A DNA stretch of 63,403 bases, counting the filler, from Octopus bimaculoides (taxonomy: Eukaryota): assembly GCF_001194135.2 (NCBI RefSeq). It is 6 parts of 5 records of this genome, joined end to end, with 100 filler letters (N's around TTAATTAATTAA, not from the genome) between each part and the next. Parts side by side here need not be neighbours in the genome. Positions count along the whole stretch, not along the records: positions 20,917 to 39,727 come from NC_068983.1; positions 39,828 to 48,573 come from NC_068982.1; 4 more parts are not named here. One strand, written 5' to 3'. Of the stretch, positions 26,080 to 41,250 are shown piece after piece. Position numbers and translations under genes: made by a program. Positions within the stretch are counted from its first letter, which is position 1. Every line of letters starts with the position of its first letter. A model generated the notes under the pieces. It had not been told where the DNA came from, searched no databases, and saw nothing but the letters and a program-made list of their open reading frames with translations.

Positions 26080-27180
26080 ATCTTAGTCTTTTTCGTTTGA
26101 CCTCGAAATGTTATATTGCATATGAATTCACCAAAAAAATATTATCTTTTTCCCATAACACTAGGTGCTACCTTTTTCGATTTAATTAATTTCGGCTTAC
26201 CGACATATTTCCATGTTGTTTATAATGGTGATATCACTACCTGTGTCCAACTGCATTTTAACACTTGTATTTCTTATTTTCACCTTCATGAATTTCCTCA
26301 TCATATTACCAATTTCTTATGACATACTATTTTTTTTTCATTTGTTTTGACGTTTTGTCCTCTTTTTTCTACAGTGTGTCTTTATATGTCCTGTTTCCAC
26401 AACAAAAGCACTCCCATTTTTTAAATGGACAATTTTTCCTGAGGTGTATACCTCCACATGTAAAACATAGATTCATTTCCTGATTTTTGTCATGTTTTTT
26501 TAGAAAACACTTTCTCTTCTGACTACATTGCAGTGGTTCTACTTGGAAACAATCTTTACTTTCAATTTCCTCTGTTTCATGTCTTAATTTGATTGTCCTT
26601 TCACATCTTCTGACATTTGTGATAAGGTCACATCCTGGTTTTGTTCCAGCTTTGTGAAAATTCTAGTTCTAACTTCTGCGTCCTTTTCATCAGTAAGTCC
26701 CTGTGTAAAAATCAGGCATTTGAACATATCTGGCATTAATTCATCCAGCTTAAACTTCTCGCATTCTCTATTTACTCTACTAGCAAATGTGATGTAGTCC
26801 TTGTCATTCTTTTTCTCTATGTTCAGACACTTCCAACATGCATTGAGCAATGAGCTTTCTTCACTGAAAATTTTACACAATATATCTATTGTGTCATTAA
26901 AGTTTATGTCTGAAGGTTGGGAGTACATAATTACTGTATCGTTCATGTTCTGTTGCCACCATTTTTCTCAAGATTAAGTGCATTTTCATCTCATCGTCTC
27001 AATCTTTATATTCTTTATCGAAGATTTGTTCATATCTTCTGTAGTATGCTTCAAAGGTAACTCTTTTGTCAGGTTTGTATTCGAACTTTGCTATGGAGTT
27101 CACGATATAGCCTAGTGAGAACACTTTTTCTAACTTTCCTGACGACTTCAGTAATTGCAGCATTTGTTGCTGTAATATTA
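26080..27180 (-). mobile_element. Ty3/Gypsy LTR retrotransposon gag-protease relic
   Basis: Gag-like VNSIAKFEYKPDKRVTFEAYYRRYEQIF..FSEESSLLNACWKCLNIEKKNDKDYITFASRVNRECEKFKLDELMPDMFKCLIFTQGL..EVRTRIFTKLEQ, zinc-knuckle remnants CFTCGGIHLRKNCPFKKWECFCCG, and aspartic protease KMQLDTGSDITII. Confidence 0.85.
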
Positions 27181-27192
27181 TTTGTTGTTGTT

Positions 27193-27411
27193 AAGGTGGT
27201 GAGCTGGCAGAAACATTAGCATGCCAGGCAAAATGCTTAGCAGTATTTCGTCTGTCTTTAGGTTCTGAGTTCAAATTCTGCTGAAGTCAACTTTGCCTTT
27301 CATCCTTTTGGAATCGATAAATTAAGTACCAGTTGTGTACTGAGGTTGATCTACTCAACTGGACCCCTCCACCAAAAGTTTTGGGCCTTGTGCCTAGACT
27401 AGAAAAGAATA
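27193..27411 (+). mobile_element. tRNA-headed SINE family 1, near full-length
   Basis: Head GGTGGTGAGCTGGCAGAA (A-box-like) and GAGTTCAAATTC (B-box-like). Related copies occur at 23335, 29100, 33790, 34045, 40172, 56270 and 56475. Confidence 0.85.
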
Positions 27412-27494
27412 TTTGTTGTTGTTGCTTCTGTTGCTGCTCTTTCAGTTGTATCTGCTGCTGCTGTTGTTCTTTCATTTACTGTTGTTGCAAAAGT

Positions 27495-27610
27495 GACTGA
27501 TAGATTAAGTACTAGGCTTACAAAGAATAAGTCCTGGGGTCGATTTGTTTGACTAAAGGCGGTGCTCCAGCATGGCCACAGTCAAATGACTGAAACAAGT
27601 AAAAGAGTAA
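27495..27610 (+). mobile_element. SINE family 2, 3' fragment
   Basis: AAGTACTAGGCTTACAAAGAATAAGTCCTGGGGTCGATTTG..GGCGGTGCTCCAGCATGGCC..AAACAAGTAAAAGAG, nearly identical to 50213-50322. Confidence 0.85.
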
Positions 27611-27830
27611 AGTTGGATTATTATAATGCCACTTTGGTATACAGTATACTTAGTAAAACCAGTAAAGACACAACTATCTCTGACTACCTACTTACTATGT
27701 ATTCTGGTATGCCATGTACTTCTCTTTACTTGTAGTAACTAGGTTATCTCAATCATCACATGGGAGGAGTGTACCATTATTACTAATTCCCTACAACAAC
27801 AACAAATAATAATAATAATAATAATAATAA

Positions 27831-29078
<1,248 letters not shown>

Positions 29079-29099
29079 TGATAATAATCCTTTCTACTA

Positions 29100-29222
29100 T
29101 AAGCACAATTTTGAGGGAAAATGCTATTCAATTACATCAACTCTAGTGCTTTACTGATACTTGTTTCATCAACCCCAGAAAAGATGAAAGGCAAAGTTGA
29201 CCTCAGTGAAATTTGAACTAAA
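29100..29222 (-). mobile_element. SINE family 1 fragment
   Basis: GATGAAAGGCAAAGTTGACCTCAGTGAAATTTGAACT is the reverse complement of the family-1 core. Confidence 0.75.
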
Positions 29223-29275
29223 AAACAAAAAGACAGATAAAATACCACAAATAATTCTGCCAGCACACTGCTTGA

Positions 29276-29369
<94 letters not shown>

Positions 29370-29384
29370 NNNNNNNNNNNNNNA

Positions 29385-29551
29385 ATTTTCTTATGGTTTC
29401 TTAAACATTCACTTGAACAAAACTGTACAAATCCAAATATATGGTACCCTAGGCATAACACCTACATGAACTTCTAACTTGTTGTCTCTTGAGGTCTCTG
29501 GGTGAGACTTGGATCCAACTTGTACAAATGCAAAAAAAAAGTCAAACATAA

Positions 29552-29592
<41 letters not shown>

Positions 29593-29610
29593 CAACAACA
29601 ATAATAATAA
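29385..29610 (+). mobile_element. R4/Dong-like 3' terminus with (AAT)n tail
   Basis: GAGGTCTCTGGGTGAGACTTGGATCCAACTTGTACAAA matches the end of fragment C (23270-23305) and is followed by (AAT)n. Confidence 0.6.
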
Positions 29611-29719
29611 CAATAATCATATTTTTTTTAGTAACTTGCCACCAAGGCCATCCCTACATACAAAAGACATTTTATAAAGAAAATGTGTGAGGTGGGTGGG
29701 GATTAACAAAGTTATGCAT

Positions 29720-30620
29720 AAACAAACAAGAGGAGTATCAGAGACGTTACACAATATATTAAGACATTAAAAAATGCACAAAATAGATGATTGTACAAAA
29801 CACAGATATAATCTAAACAGATACAATTTGCAGAAGCAAGAAAGTAATAGGGCAATCTACCCATGTATATGAGAAACTGCCATCTGGGCTTCCTCACAAA
29901 TCTGACCATCCTCCGTTTGCATACCCATGTCATGTTGTAAGAATGTCACATCCCAAACAAGCCCATGTACAGCTGGATATCAGAAAGAGTAGGAAGGGCT
30001 CATATTCCTTTCATAAGTTTAGTAACCTCTCCTTTTCCCTCTTTATATGCATCTCTTTGCAAATCATATTTTCATTTATCCATTTCTTCTCCTACATTCA
30101 GGAAACTCATCAGATTCTTGTATGTTTCCAGCTTAATTTTCTTATTTACTTCTGGGGGAGGAGCAGACCACTTTTTGTTCTGTATACTTTCTGTTTCAGC
30201 CACTTCTTCCATTTTAAGGTCTTTTTCTGCTTTTTGTTTCCACTGTTCCTTAGAATTTTCATCTCATCATTGTTGCAAACTCATAAGTAAAGGGAACATT
30301 GTCTTCTTGATCCTCAACTTCCAGGTTGTTGACTTCTTGCAGTTTTTTCTTTCATCATTTTTTGAGACTGAGGAAAAGGTGATTTCTGATGTTTTTAGAG
30401 CATCTACGACCAGAACCCTAAGACCTACACCTTTTATGGCCTTTACTTTTTTTTATCCCCTCCAGATAATAAACTTTCAATTGACTCTTACTGCTATTTA
30501 TGTATTAGCTGAACTTTCATGGCCTTTCTTTTAGCACTAGCATAGCAAACAGTTCTGGAATTTGGAATTCCTCTATAGTCCCCAGGGGTTGATTGGGAAC
30601 TGTACATTCTCATAAACCCC
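29720..30620 (-). pseudogene. Decayed ORF of unrecognised origin (Lys/Glu-rich), followed by U-rich 3'UTR-like sequence
   Basis: Long stop-poor peptide pieces across frames, e.g. KKKLQEVNNLEVEDQEDNVPFTYEF and KQKAEKDLKMEEVAETESIQNKKWSAPPPEVNKKIKLETYKNLMSFLNVGEEMDK*KYDLQRDAYKEGKGEVTKLMKG. No family recognised. Confidence 0.3.
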
Positions 30621-32457
30621 TTTCAGCCACACTAGGGGCATATATTCTGGGTGTGCTAGATGTGCACTGCACACCCATCGAAAATGGTAAATTCATTATA
30701 AACATTAACCTTACTCATTAATTTAATCACAAATCTTAATGGAAAACTTTTGCTATACTCTTACTTGAAATTTGGTGGCATTGGATGTGCCAGCACACTC
30801 AATGCAACAACCACCATATGCCACTGAGTTATGCCACATTATTTGCTATTCCAGTGTTTACAATCTACCTATACTGCACTACAGAAGTAACAATGAACTA
30901 TATGTTAATATCATTATCAATATCGTTTACCATAACTCTTGTCTTACACTACCCCATGTAGTTTGTAATGAGCTTCTGTGCATCTGTGCAATCACCAGTC
31001 TGCATTTCCCTTCATCTTCAGTTATTAGAGTTCAAATGCTGATTTTCTTCAAGTCTCAATTTTTCTTCTTTATTCAATTTTACTTGACAAAAATAATCAA
31101 GATAGAACTTTTTTTCCATACACAAATTTTCTTCTGTTTTTTTTTGGTTTTTTTTTGTTGTTTATTTTGTTAGTTTATAATATCTTGAATTGGATACTTG
31201 AACCTGTCTTTTTAAATTGGCCAATTGCTTACACTTAATATCAGGCCAATTAAAAAATAATTCCAATATCAAATTAAAAATGTTTTAATGTTTATATTTA
31301 AGGTTGGATTACATTCGTTGTTGAAATGTTATTTTGATATATTGAGCTGAAATAAGTCATCTAAAGTTGTTTCAGATTGAAAGTAGCCTAACCCTTATCT
31401 TTTCTTGCGAAAAATATTTGCTTTTAAATTTATATCTTACTATACATCTGTAAGTATAACAAGATAATTTACTAATGTAAATTGAATTGTTTAATTAATT
31501 AATGAGTTTTCAGACTCACATGCATAAAAACATATTCACATATATATATGTACAATGCTTACATTCATTACAAAAAGTCAAAGCATTTTTTAAATAGCAG
31601 TCCTAATTTATTCAGAAAATAATTCATTTAAATATCTTACTACTCTAGATACTGTATCTCTTAACCTTCTATTTGATGTCCTTTCTGAAAATGTTAAAGA
31701 TCAGGTATTTTGTCATGGTTTGGTCACAAAATCTTTATTTCTTTTAAAGAATTGATTTATATGTTAGGCAAAGTTTCATACTAGCACACATGTACTCCCA
31801 CACTGCCACACATACACTATCAAGATCGCTTTCAATCAAGATGCCATTCTCTGTTGCACAAGGAATTCAAAATAAATTGCAACATGAAACGGCATCCTCT
31901 ATTTGGTTGATTGGTCAACTAAAAGTAAAATCTCTTTCAAAAAAGACTTCTACCAACTTTTAAAACAAGAAGAAGCATTCTATAAAGTAGTCCAAGACAC
32001 CATTAAAAAAGACAGGATGGTTAGACCTGGAATACATTTAATCAAGGGTTGATCTGGAGTTAAGTAAACACCTGCTACAGTACTTAAACTTCTAGACACT
32101 TCTGTAAAACATATATATATACTCAGAAAAATGAATATGATATCTTGTACATCATTTTCTAAGCTAACACATATCTGATTTATAATAAAGTTAAACAGCC
32201 AGAAGATTCTGAGAAACCAAGTGATGCTCTGAGTTGGCAAATATTAACATAAATAGGTGAAACAGTGGAATAAAAGGAAAAGATATTTCTAATATTTACA
32301 TGAAACCACACAAGCATGAATGTTGTATACTTATATTTTTTTCTGTAGATATATCAGAGATCCTATAATTATATTGAATTTGTGAGGATTTGTGACACCA
32401 CTTTACTCATATCAAAAATATACATACATACATACACACACATATATATATATATAA

Positions 32458-32600
32458 TGGCGTTAGTAAGGGCATCCAGCTGTAGAAACTCTGCCAGATC
32501 AGATTGGAGCCTGGTGCAGCCTTCTGGCTTGTTGGTCCTCAGTCAAATCGTCCAACCCATGCCAGCATGGAAAGTGGACGTTAAACGATGATGATGATGA

Positions 32601-32603
<3 letters not shown>
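32458..32603 (+). mobile_element. RTE-type LINE 3' tail with (ATG)n
   Basis: GGGCATCCAGCTGTAGAAACTCTGCC..CCAACCCATGCCAGCATGGAAAGTGGACGTTAAACGATGATG; reverse complement of 50891-51035. Confidence 0.85.
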
Positions 32604-32658
<55 letters not shown>

Positions 32659-33789
32659 CTATATTTACTGAAGCAATTCAGTATATATATGACTGATACA
32701 TTTTTAATCACTTCTAGAAACATGGATGGCAAAACTGAAACTTAGAATGTAAGAGACCACAAGGTGTTTTGTTCAGTGTTCTGATTCTGCTAATCTTTTC
32801 TGCTTTTACATGAATATATATTTAATAATATTAATAAAATACTTAAAGTACACATTATCAGATATACTTTACAATTTGGATGTATTAAGTCAAGAGAAAT
32901 TGCAGTTTTAGAATCAGAATCTATGTGAGATCAGTGAATTGTGACATTCTTTCCAACCATGTTACTAACCAGCAGAAACATTGTGAAATTATTAAAAGAG
33001 CGGATCTGAAAGATATTTGGAGCATGAGAAAAAAACTTAAGATATTTCTCAGTTGGATGAAGCATTGCTTCAATTTCTCTTTTCCTTCGGGGATAAAACT
33101 CACCAGCAAACTTGAAGAAACACTGACCATTCACGATCATAATAAGTTCTATTGACCAGCTCAATTCCTCTGAGCAATTAAAGTTTTTACTGCTATATTC
33201 CTACAAGGAATAAAAGGAGATATAATGCAGTAATCTACCGTGAGAAACTATGCGATATGTCTCTTAAATGAGGCATTGAATCTCATATAAACCATCAAAC
33301 TACTAAATATATAATTTGATAGTCCATCTCCATCTTTGATGATGAAGATTCAGTTTTTTGATCAAATGAATTACCTGCTCCTGATTTAAGTCACTTAATA
33401 AGCAAGTGGCTGAGTATTCCGCAGATGCCTGTATCTTTAACATAATTCTCAGACAGAATAAATGTGATGTAATGTGTGACAAGACTACTTTTGAATTACT
33501 GGTACAATCCACTCAGCTTAAAGGGCTTCTGTACAGTTTCCTCCAACCCAGTTTCCCTCACAAGGTATGAGTCTACCTGAGGCCATAGAAAATGACATTT
33601 GCCCAAGATGCTATACAGTGTGATCCTAGGATTTCATCATTGTGGTGCAAACCTCTTAACAACTTAGCAATACTGTGCAACAACATCAAAATTTCTATAA
33701 CTTTCATTCCAAATAAACACAATACGCTGCAACAACTTGAGGATGAATGGAGATGAGATGTTCAATATTTTATTAGAAGCATGTGGGAG

Positions 33790-34262
33790 AGAAGCCACAT
33801 TTGGACTCAGTATTACACATCAGTTTCAAATCGTGGTACAAGGCCAGCAAGTTTGGAGAAGCGGGTAAGTCGATTACATTGACCACCGGGCTCCACTTGT
33901 ACTTATTTTATCGACCCTGGAAGGATGAAAGGCAAAGTCGACCTCAGATGAATTTGATCTCAGAACATAAAGATAGCTGAAATGCTACTAAGCAAAAGCC
34001 CGGTGTGCTGATGATTCTGCCAGCTTTCCACCTTGACTTAGTATTGCATATTCTTTTCTACTCTAGGCACAAGGCCTGAAATTTTTGGGGAGGTGGGGCC
34101 AGTCGATTAGATTGACCCCAGTACACAACAGGTAATTAATTAATCGATCCAGAAAGGATGAAAGGCAAAGTTGACTTCGGTGGAATTTGATCTCAGAACA
34201 TAGCGACAGACAAAATAATGCTAAGCATTTCGCCCTTTTTCTGCCGGCTCACTGCCTTACTT
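33790..34262 (-). mobile_element. Two adjacent SINE family 1 copies
   Basis: GATGAAAGGCAAAGT(C/T)GAC..GAATTTGATCTCAGAACAT..ATGCTAAGCA occurs twice, at about 33925-33995 and 34158-34230. Confidence 0.8.
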
Positions 34263-34289
34263 AGTATTACATATTAATATCACAGCAGT

Positions 34290-34500
34290 TAACAAAGGAG
34301 TCTCTATGTGATCATACAACTTGGCAGAAATAGCAGCCAAGAATTCTTCATTGTACAACTCCACCGTTCCTAAAAATGGGCACATTAGATATTATAGTCC
34401 TAGTTTCACTAGGCCTGAAAACAAACCACAAAGTGGTATGGCTGGAACACCTTTAATCTTGAGTCTGTCCACTCAGGGCTAACCCAGGGTTAAACACCAA
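34290..34500 (+). repeat. Dispersed repeat family D (related copies near 45760-45960 and 46990-47035)
   Basis: Shared 3' block CAGGGCT(A/G)ACC..GG..TAAACA and ACATTAGA(T/G)A.T(A/G)TAGT with the other copies. Class not determined. Confidence 0.4.
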
Positions 34501-34528
34501 CATATCAAGCAGTGTTCAAACATATACA

Positions 34529-34567
<39 letters not shown>

Positions 34568-36211
34568 CACTTCATTTATCTGTCTGCACATAAAATATGG
34601 GAAATAATCTGAACACATTCTGCTAAAATAACTTTGATAAAATAGAATTTAAAATCATTAATAACAGTATTCATTTTACTTCTTACTATAAATAATTTTC
34701 ACTTAGATTGGAATATTAAACAAATAAACCTTTATTTATAAATTCATATTTTATTAACATTTATATAGAATATTTCTATCTTGATATATAAAAGCACACA
34801 CACACACACACTAACATACACATGTACGCAAGTATATTCACGCATATATGTATGTGCATATATATACACACACATATATACACATATATATATACATATA
34901 TATAGATATATATATCTATACATATGTATGTATATATACATATATGTATAGATACATACACATATATACACATATATACCTATGTATGAATATACATATG
35001 TATATATATATTTATGTGTGTGTGTGTGTGTGCGTTGTACATTTTTAGACATGTATCATATACCTGTGTGTATTTTTGCGCATACGTCTGTGTATGGTGT
35101 CTGAAATACCATGGTTCTAGTATTTGATTACACAATCAGATTTCATTTGATGAAGAAATTTCTATATAATAAATAAGAAGTTGCATCCAAGCTACATGAA
35201 GTATTTTGTTTTTTGTAATAAAATCAAAAATACTTTTTTAAAAAATGCAATGAAATCTTTACTTCAAGGAAAAATATTTTTTTAAAAAACCCTTTTAATC
35301 TTCACAAGGTAAATAACTAAATGAATAAAATCAATATCTGGTGTTCGCAGAAGCATTTATTGTTGTTGTTATTATTATTATTATTTTTACTTTTATCAGA
35401 CCATACCAAAAACAAAAACAAGAATAATGATAATAATAATTTTGTGAGACAGAAATCATTAAAAAGTTCGATTATACTAAGATTGAAATTTTTCTCAAAA
35501 GAGTTTTTATACATGTCATGATTTAGTGGTACTTAATATAAGCAAAAGACATGGAGACTACCCACCTTCAAAGGTTTATGAAGGTATTTACATCTGTACT
35601 TCTGAGAAACAACCCCTCTCCTACTTCCTCTACTTTATCGTGTGTACTGAAGCATTTTCAAGGAGCACAGTTAAAAACTGTGTAGTTTTCTCCTTCAAAT
35701 TAACTTGTAGACTTGACAATTATATTTCAATAAGTAATTATTAAATTGAATGATGTACAGAATTCCTTTATAAATCTAATTTTGAAAGCCTTCAGTTTTG
35801 AAATGTAATTTTCCACTCATTATGAAGATGAGTAATTTTGATGAGTCACCATCAGTGATAGCTGGCAGTTAGCTTTAACCCCAATGACAGTCTTAACTAA
35901 TGGCTGGTTTGTATAAAAGTGGGGGAAATGTCAATGATTTTGCAGCTTCTAACAAAATATTATATATCATGACAAAGAATGTATTTTTCAATTTAGCTAA
36001 TACATAAAAGATTAGTATTCATAATAATCTACTAAATGTATATATACAAATATTTATGTTATATATACTTATACATACATATATGTGAGTGTGCGTGTGT
36101 GTGTGTGTAAATTATCTATATACATATGCATATGTGTGCATATATATGTATGTACTTAGATATATACATATATCTATCTATATATTATATATATATATAT
36201 GTGTGTGTGTA

Positions 36212-36257
<46 letters not shown>

Positions 36258-36515
36258 TATACACAAATTTATCCATACATATATATTTATATGCATATAT
36301 ATGTATGTGTGTGTATATATATATAACATATCATAATAATATACATTAATATATATATATATTTATATGATGATGATGATGATGATGATGATGATATATA
36401 TATATATGCACATACCTATACACACATATATATGTACATATACATATATATATATTTATATAAACACTCATACACACGTGTGTATATATACATATATATG
36501 CATACTTATGTGTGA

Positions 36516-36555
<40 letters not shown>

Positions 36556-36565
36556 NNNNNNNNNN

Positions 36566-36607
<42 letters not shown>

Positions 36608-37097
36608 TTTATGTTTGTGTGGGGATAGATGAACGTTTATATATCTACATACATATTTAATGCAATATGTTATCAGTCATTCACATTGTAGTAACATTTA
36701 GATGTATATAAACATATTTTAGCAGTATAATTTTAAAAAACCAATGAGAGATCAAACAATATGGATACAGTAAATTGTCTACAATGACTTAGGGGGGAAA
36801 AAAACCGAATGGTAAGTGATGAATTCAAAATTTGCAGGGGACCACAGGATATGATGTGAATATCCACAGGCTCATTTTTTTTGTTTGTAATAATACATAT
36901 TACTAATGGCTGGAATTGTTTGTAACTTTGTAACTCTTTTCTTTTCCTTTTTTTTTTACTTTTAAAACTTTATATCCATTGATCAAAGCAGACTTCACAT
37001 AAGTATGTTTTGCTGATGAAATCTAATAAACCTGAAATATGTCCATAGAGACAATCTTATCTGCTAACAAAGTTCTTCTTTTACTAATTATCCTCCT

Positions 37098-37690
37098 CCT
37101 CATCATCATCATTTAGTGTCCATTTTCCATGCTAGCATGGGTGAGATGGTTTTACTGGAACTAATATGCTGGAGAGCGGCACCAGGCTCCAGTCTGTTTT
37201 GGCTAGATTTCCATGGCAGAACACTTTTCCTAATGCCAACTATTCCATTGAGTGTAGTGGGTGCCTTTTATATGTCACCGGCATGGGTGCCTTTTACATG
37301 TCATTGGCATGGGTGCCTTTTGCGTATCACTGATACAGGTGTCTTTTATGTGTCACAAGCACTGACCATGACTACAAGTTTACTTGGCTGACGCGTCTTC
37401 TCAAGCACAGCAAATCACCAAAGGTCTCAGTTACTTCTCATAACCTCTGTGAGACTCAACATCCAAAGATCATATTTCACCACCTTGTCCCATTCTTCCT
37501 GGGTCCACCTCTTCCACAGGTTCCCTCCACAGTTAGAGATTTGCACTTCTTTACACGGCTATCCTTATCCATACACATCACATGACTATACCAGTGCAGT
37601 ATTCTCTCTTGCACACCATACCTGATGCCTCTTTTACCCAATTTTCCTCCCAAGATGCTTACACTCTGTCATATCTGCACACTGACATTG
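37098..37690 (-). mobile_element. RTE-clade LINE 3' end (C-terminal ORF, 3'UTR and (ATG)n tail)
   Basis: VQERILHWYSHVMCMDKDSRVKKCKSLTVEGTCGRGGPRK..WDKVVKYDL, a decayed LRWYGHV..GRGRPRKTW motif, followed by the same tail as 32458. Confidence 0.85.
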
Positions 37691-38275
37691 CACATCCAGC
37701 AAAACATAAAGCTTCATTTCTTTCAAGCCTGAAAATTATATTCTATATGAAATTAATTCTTAATTTCTTGAAGTTACTTTGTATTTTTTTAAAAAGTCAC
37801 AACAAGAGGTAAATTTATTCTAGTCATCTGTACATTGAACTCACTGTTGCCTTTCATTCTTTTAAATGTATTAAACTGAAGAACCAGTTCAAGGTGGGGG
37901 TTTGGTAGAAATTGTTAGAATATTGGATGAAATATTTCTTCTCACTCTTTGCATTCCAAGCTCTTGTGTGGTGGACCCAATCTGCCATACAATCTGAAAT
38001 GTCACGCAGTTTGACTGAACCCACAACCATTTAGTTGTGAAGCAGACTTCCTTATCACACAGCCATACCTGCACCTATGTCTTATTTGTTTGCTGCATCA
38101 TTTGTAAATAACAGCATCATTGGTTACAGGTGACAAGGGATTGCTTGCACAACTAGGTGGAGTAAACAGCACATGGGTTATTTTATATTTGAAATTGCTG
38201 GTTTCTTTGTTTTGGTTCTTTGCTAATGTTTAATTCTTTTCATGACATGCATGGGTGTAACACACATGCTTACAT

Positions 38276-38306
<31 letters not shown>

Positions 38307-38686
38307 TATGAATGTGCACACATGTGCAATGTAATAAGGAGAGTGGTATCATCAATTATAAGAATCCCATTATGTGAATGTTTCTTATCTAAATATGTTA
38401 TTCATTTTTTTATTTTATTTCCTAATTTGTGAAGCACAGTGTCATTGATTATCGGTTTCCAATACATCAATCATTAGTACTCCACTTTTCTGATGGCAAG
38501 AATGCTAAGGGAACATCACTAATTTGTTTGTTTCTCTTCACTCTTTAAATCCTTCACTAATACACATCAGTGTAACACACACACACACACACACAATGTG
38601 GGTGTGCAAATGTTAAAAGAAGGTTATTATTTTAAAACAAGTTTAAGAATAACAATGGAACATTTTCTGCTGGTGTGACTCCAGAC

Positions 38687-39032
38687 CAGGGATACTCAAC
38701 CATATTTTATCTATGGACCCCTTTGCATACTATTTTATTCTGTTGGACCCCATAGCGATTCGGTTTTTAAAAACTAGTTTCAGAGAAACTTCTTTCAAAA
38801 TTCCTGTTTTGTTTTTCATATATTAACTTATTTAGATGAGTCATGTAAAATGTGAAAAAAAGAAACCTAGTTGTTTCTTGCAACACACACCAATAAATAC
38901 ATCTAAAGCAAATTTTTTTCAGGGGCCTTCAAAGTACTATCGTGACACCCAATTTACTAGGTTTTTTGCATGGATCTGCCAAAATTTATAGGGATCCTCA
39001 GGAGCCAGGTGGACTCCAGTTGAGAACAACTG
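38687..39032. mobile_element. hAT-type MITE with a perfect 8-bp target-site duplication
   Basis: TIRs CAGGGATACTCAAC / GTTGAGAACAACTG. TSD CTCCAGAC at 38679-38686 and 39033-39040. Confidence 0.85.
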
Positions 39033-39643
39033 CTCCAGACTGAGAATATAGTCAATGCTACTGTGAAGATCCAGCTAACTGGGACTTCAAGTATTTTCAA
39101 TGAATCTTTGCCAGCAAGTGATTTTAAATAGGAAGGGAGGCTGCACCAAAAGATACAAATGTGTATAATGAGTTTTACAGTTTCTTAATAAATTACTATG
39201 AAAGTATTTTTTTTTAATTCATCCATATGTTACACAGAACAGCAAGAATCCAAACAAAAATCTAGTTACTCATTCTTAATACATTCTGGCATTTATATTT
39301 GATCACTGTTGTTATTTGCTATTGGAGAATATTTCCTTAAAAGTGATGTCAGTTCATAGAGAATGTCAAGGCACTTGATGTTTCAACCTCTTTGTTCATC
39401 TCTTCAGTTGAAGCTATATCAGACCGATGAATCTCACAAGAGCACGAGTTCATTTCAGATATTCTCTAATAGCATATAACAACAGTGATCAGATATTCAT
39501 GTTTGAATATGCCAGAATGTATTCAAATGGAAAAGAAATGTTATAACTTCTTTATCTAAAGGAATGGTTAACATGTGCTATGACTTTTAAGCATTTATTC
39601 AGTAGAATTCAAATCACAAATGATACCCACTTATAGTAGTTGA

Positions 39644-39680
<37 letters not shown>

Positions 39681-39687
39681 CATATAC

Positions 39688-39727
<40 letters not shown>

Positions 39728-39827
39728 NNNNNNNNNNNNNNNNNNNNNNNNNNNNNNNNNNNNNNNNNNNNTTAATTAATTAANNNNNNNNNNNNNNNNN
39801 NNNNNNNNNNNNNNNNNNNNNNNNNNN
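39728..39827. other. Artificial scaffold spacer
   Basis: 44N-TTAATTAATTAA-44N. Confidence 0.95.
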
Positions 39828-40077
39828 TAGTGTCCAGTTAAGGATATTGTAGCTGTAACTTATAACTGGGACGGCTAAAGTGTTGATACCTATTATCTTG
39901 TTTTTAGCATTGAGCTCTGTTTTTAGTATTGATCTAACTCGTCTATAGTACTCTTTCTTTATTTTTTCTTTCATTTGTGTGTGTTGTATCCTATCTAGTT
40001 CATTGATTCCTAAATATTTGTATGGCTGGCTTTCGTCTAATTCTTTTATTTCATTGGCTTTATCTAGTGTGATGTTG
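39828..40077 (-). mobile_element. R4/Dong-like fragment E (RT domain 7 region), with its 5' junction in (TAA)n
   Basis: NITLDKANEIKELDESQPYKYLGINELDRIQHTQMKEKIKKEYYRRVRSILKTELNAKNKIIGINTLAVPVISYSYNILNW, intact. (AAT)n at 40078-40125. Confidence 0.9.
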
Positions 40078-40078
40078 C

Positions 40079-40126
<48 letters not shown>

Positions 40127-40850
40127 GATGGCAATCTGGCAGAATCATTAGAGCATCAGACAAAATGCTTGGTGCATTTCTTTCAACTCATTACAATATA
40201 AGTTCCTTTCATCCTTTCAATGTTGATAGAATAAAGTGCCAGTCAGGTACTGGGTTGATTTAATCAACGTTAAGAACATTATTATTACTGTTATGATTCT
40301 CCCAAATTGTGAGGTTAATGCTGTCATTGACTCTGGATCAAATTTGGACAGGGCAGAACTTTCAGAGAACTGCAGTTTTGGATAGAGATGGTCGAGCATT
40401 TAGTAATAAGATCTGTCATGTGAAATAGTTAGATAATTCAAGGAATATAAACAGGTGCATTAGGGTGGAGTATGAAGTTTGCTACCTCAGGAAATAAACC
40501 ATTATAGCTGTGATAAAATGAAGCAGAGTTCAGAAACATCATGTCCACAAGGTACAAGTTGTAGTGTGTGATGCCACAAACTCAATAGAAAATCTTGCAA
40601 AACATTCTCCAAGTGTTCCACCATGCTAATAGCCAACTTAGACCAAACATCAGCCCAATGACATTCTACACCAGCCTTCTTCTAGAGAGAACCACTTTTG
40701 GCATCTTTACTTGAACTAAATGGAAGGGCTCTCAAAAAATGTCAGCTACTTCTCATATCTCTGAAACTGTCTGTCTTCTAATACTGATGTCAGTAAACAA
40801 ATTTAGTTACAGGCTTTGCTGTGCTGGAGCAGATTTTGGTTGATTTACAG

Positions 40851-41250
40851 CTGTGGTTCTCAACAAGGGTCCAGATGGCCTCCTGAGGGTTCATATAAAA
40901 TTAGGCCGGTGGTGGTGGGGGGGGGGGATCCATGTAACAAAATAGTAACTTGGTGATCCACAATAGTATTTTAAGGGCCCCTGAGAAAATTTTGCTTTAT
41001 ATGTATTGGTATGTGTTGCAAGAAACAGCTAGGTTTTTTTTCTCTGATATTTTACATAGTTAAACCTACACAAGTTAATGAGTGAAAATAAACAAAATAA
41101 GAATTTTGAAAGAAGTTTCTATAAAACTAGTTTTCAAACTTTGAGACTGCAACCTGATCACTGACAACATTCCAGTTATGGGGGTCCACCAGAATAAAAT
41201 AGTAATCAAAGGGATCCATAAATTAAATAAAAAATGGTTGAGAACCCCTG
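40851..41250. mobile_element. hAT-type MITE, same family as 38687
   Basis: TIRs CTGTGGTTCTCAAC / GTTGAGAACCCCTG. Flanks ATTTACAG / ATTTAGAA (6/8). The interior resembles the reverse complement of 38687-39032. Confidence 0.8.

Noticed and set aside
27193-27290. tRNA gene-like A and B boxes (also 49866-49945 and 58640-58750)
   Set aside because: No complete cloverleaf, and each continues into a SINE body, so these are SINE heads rather than tRNA genes.
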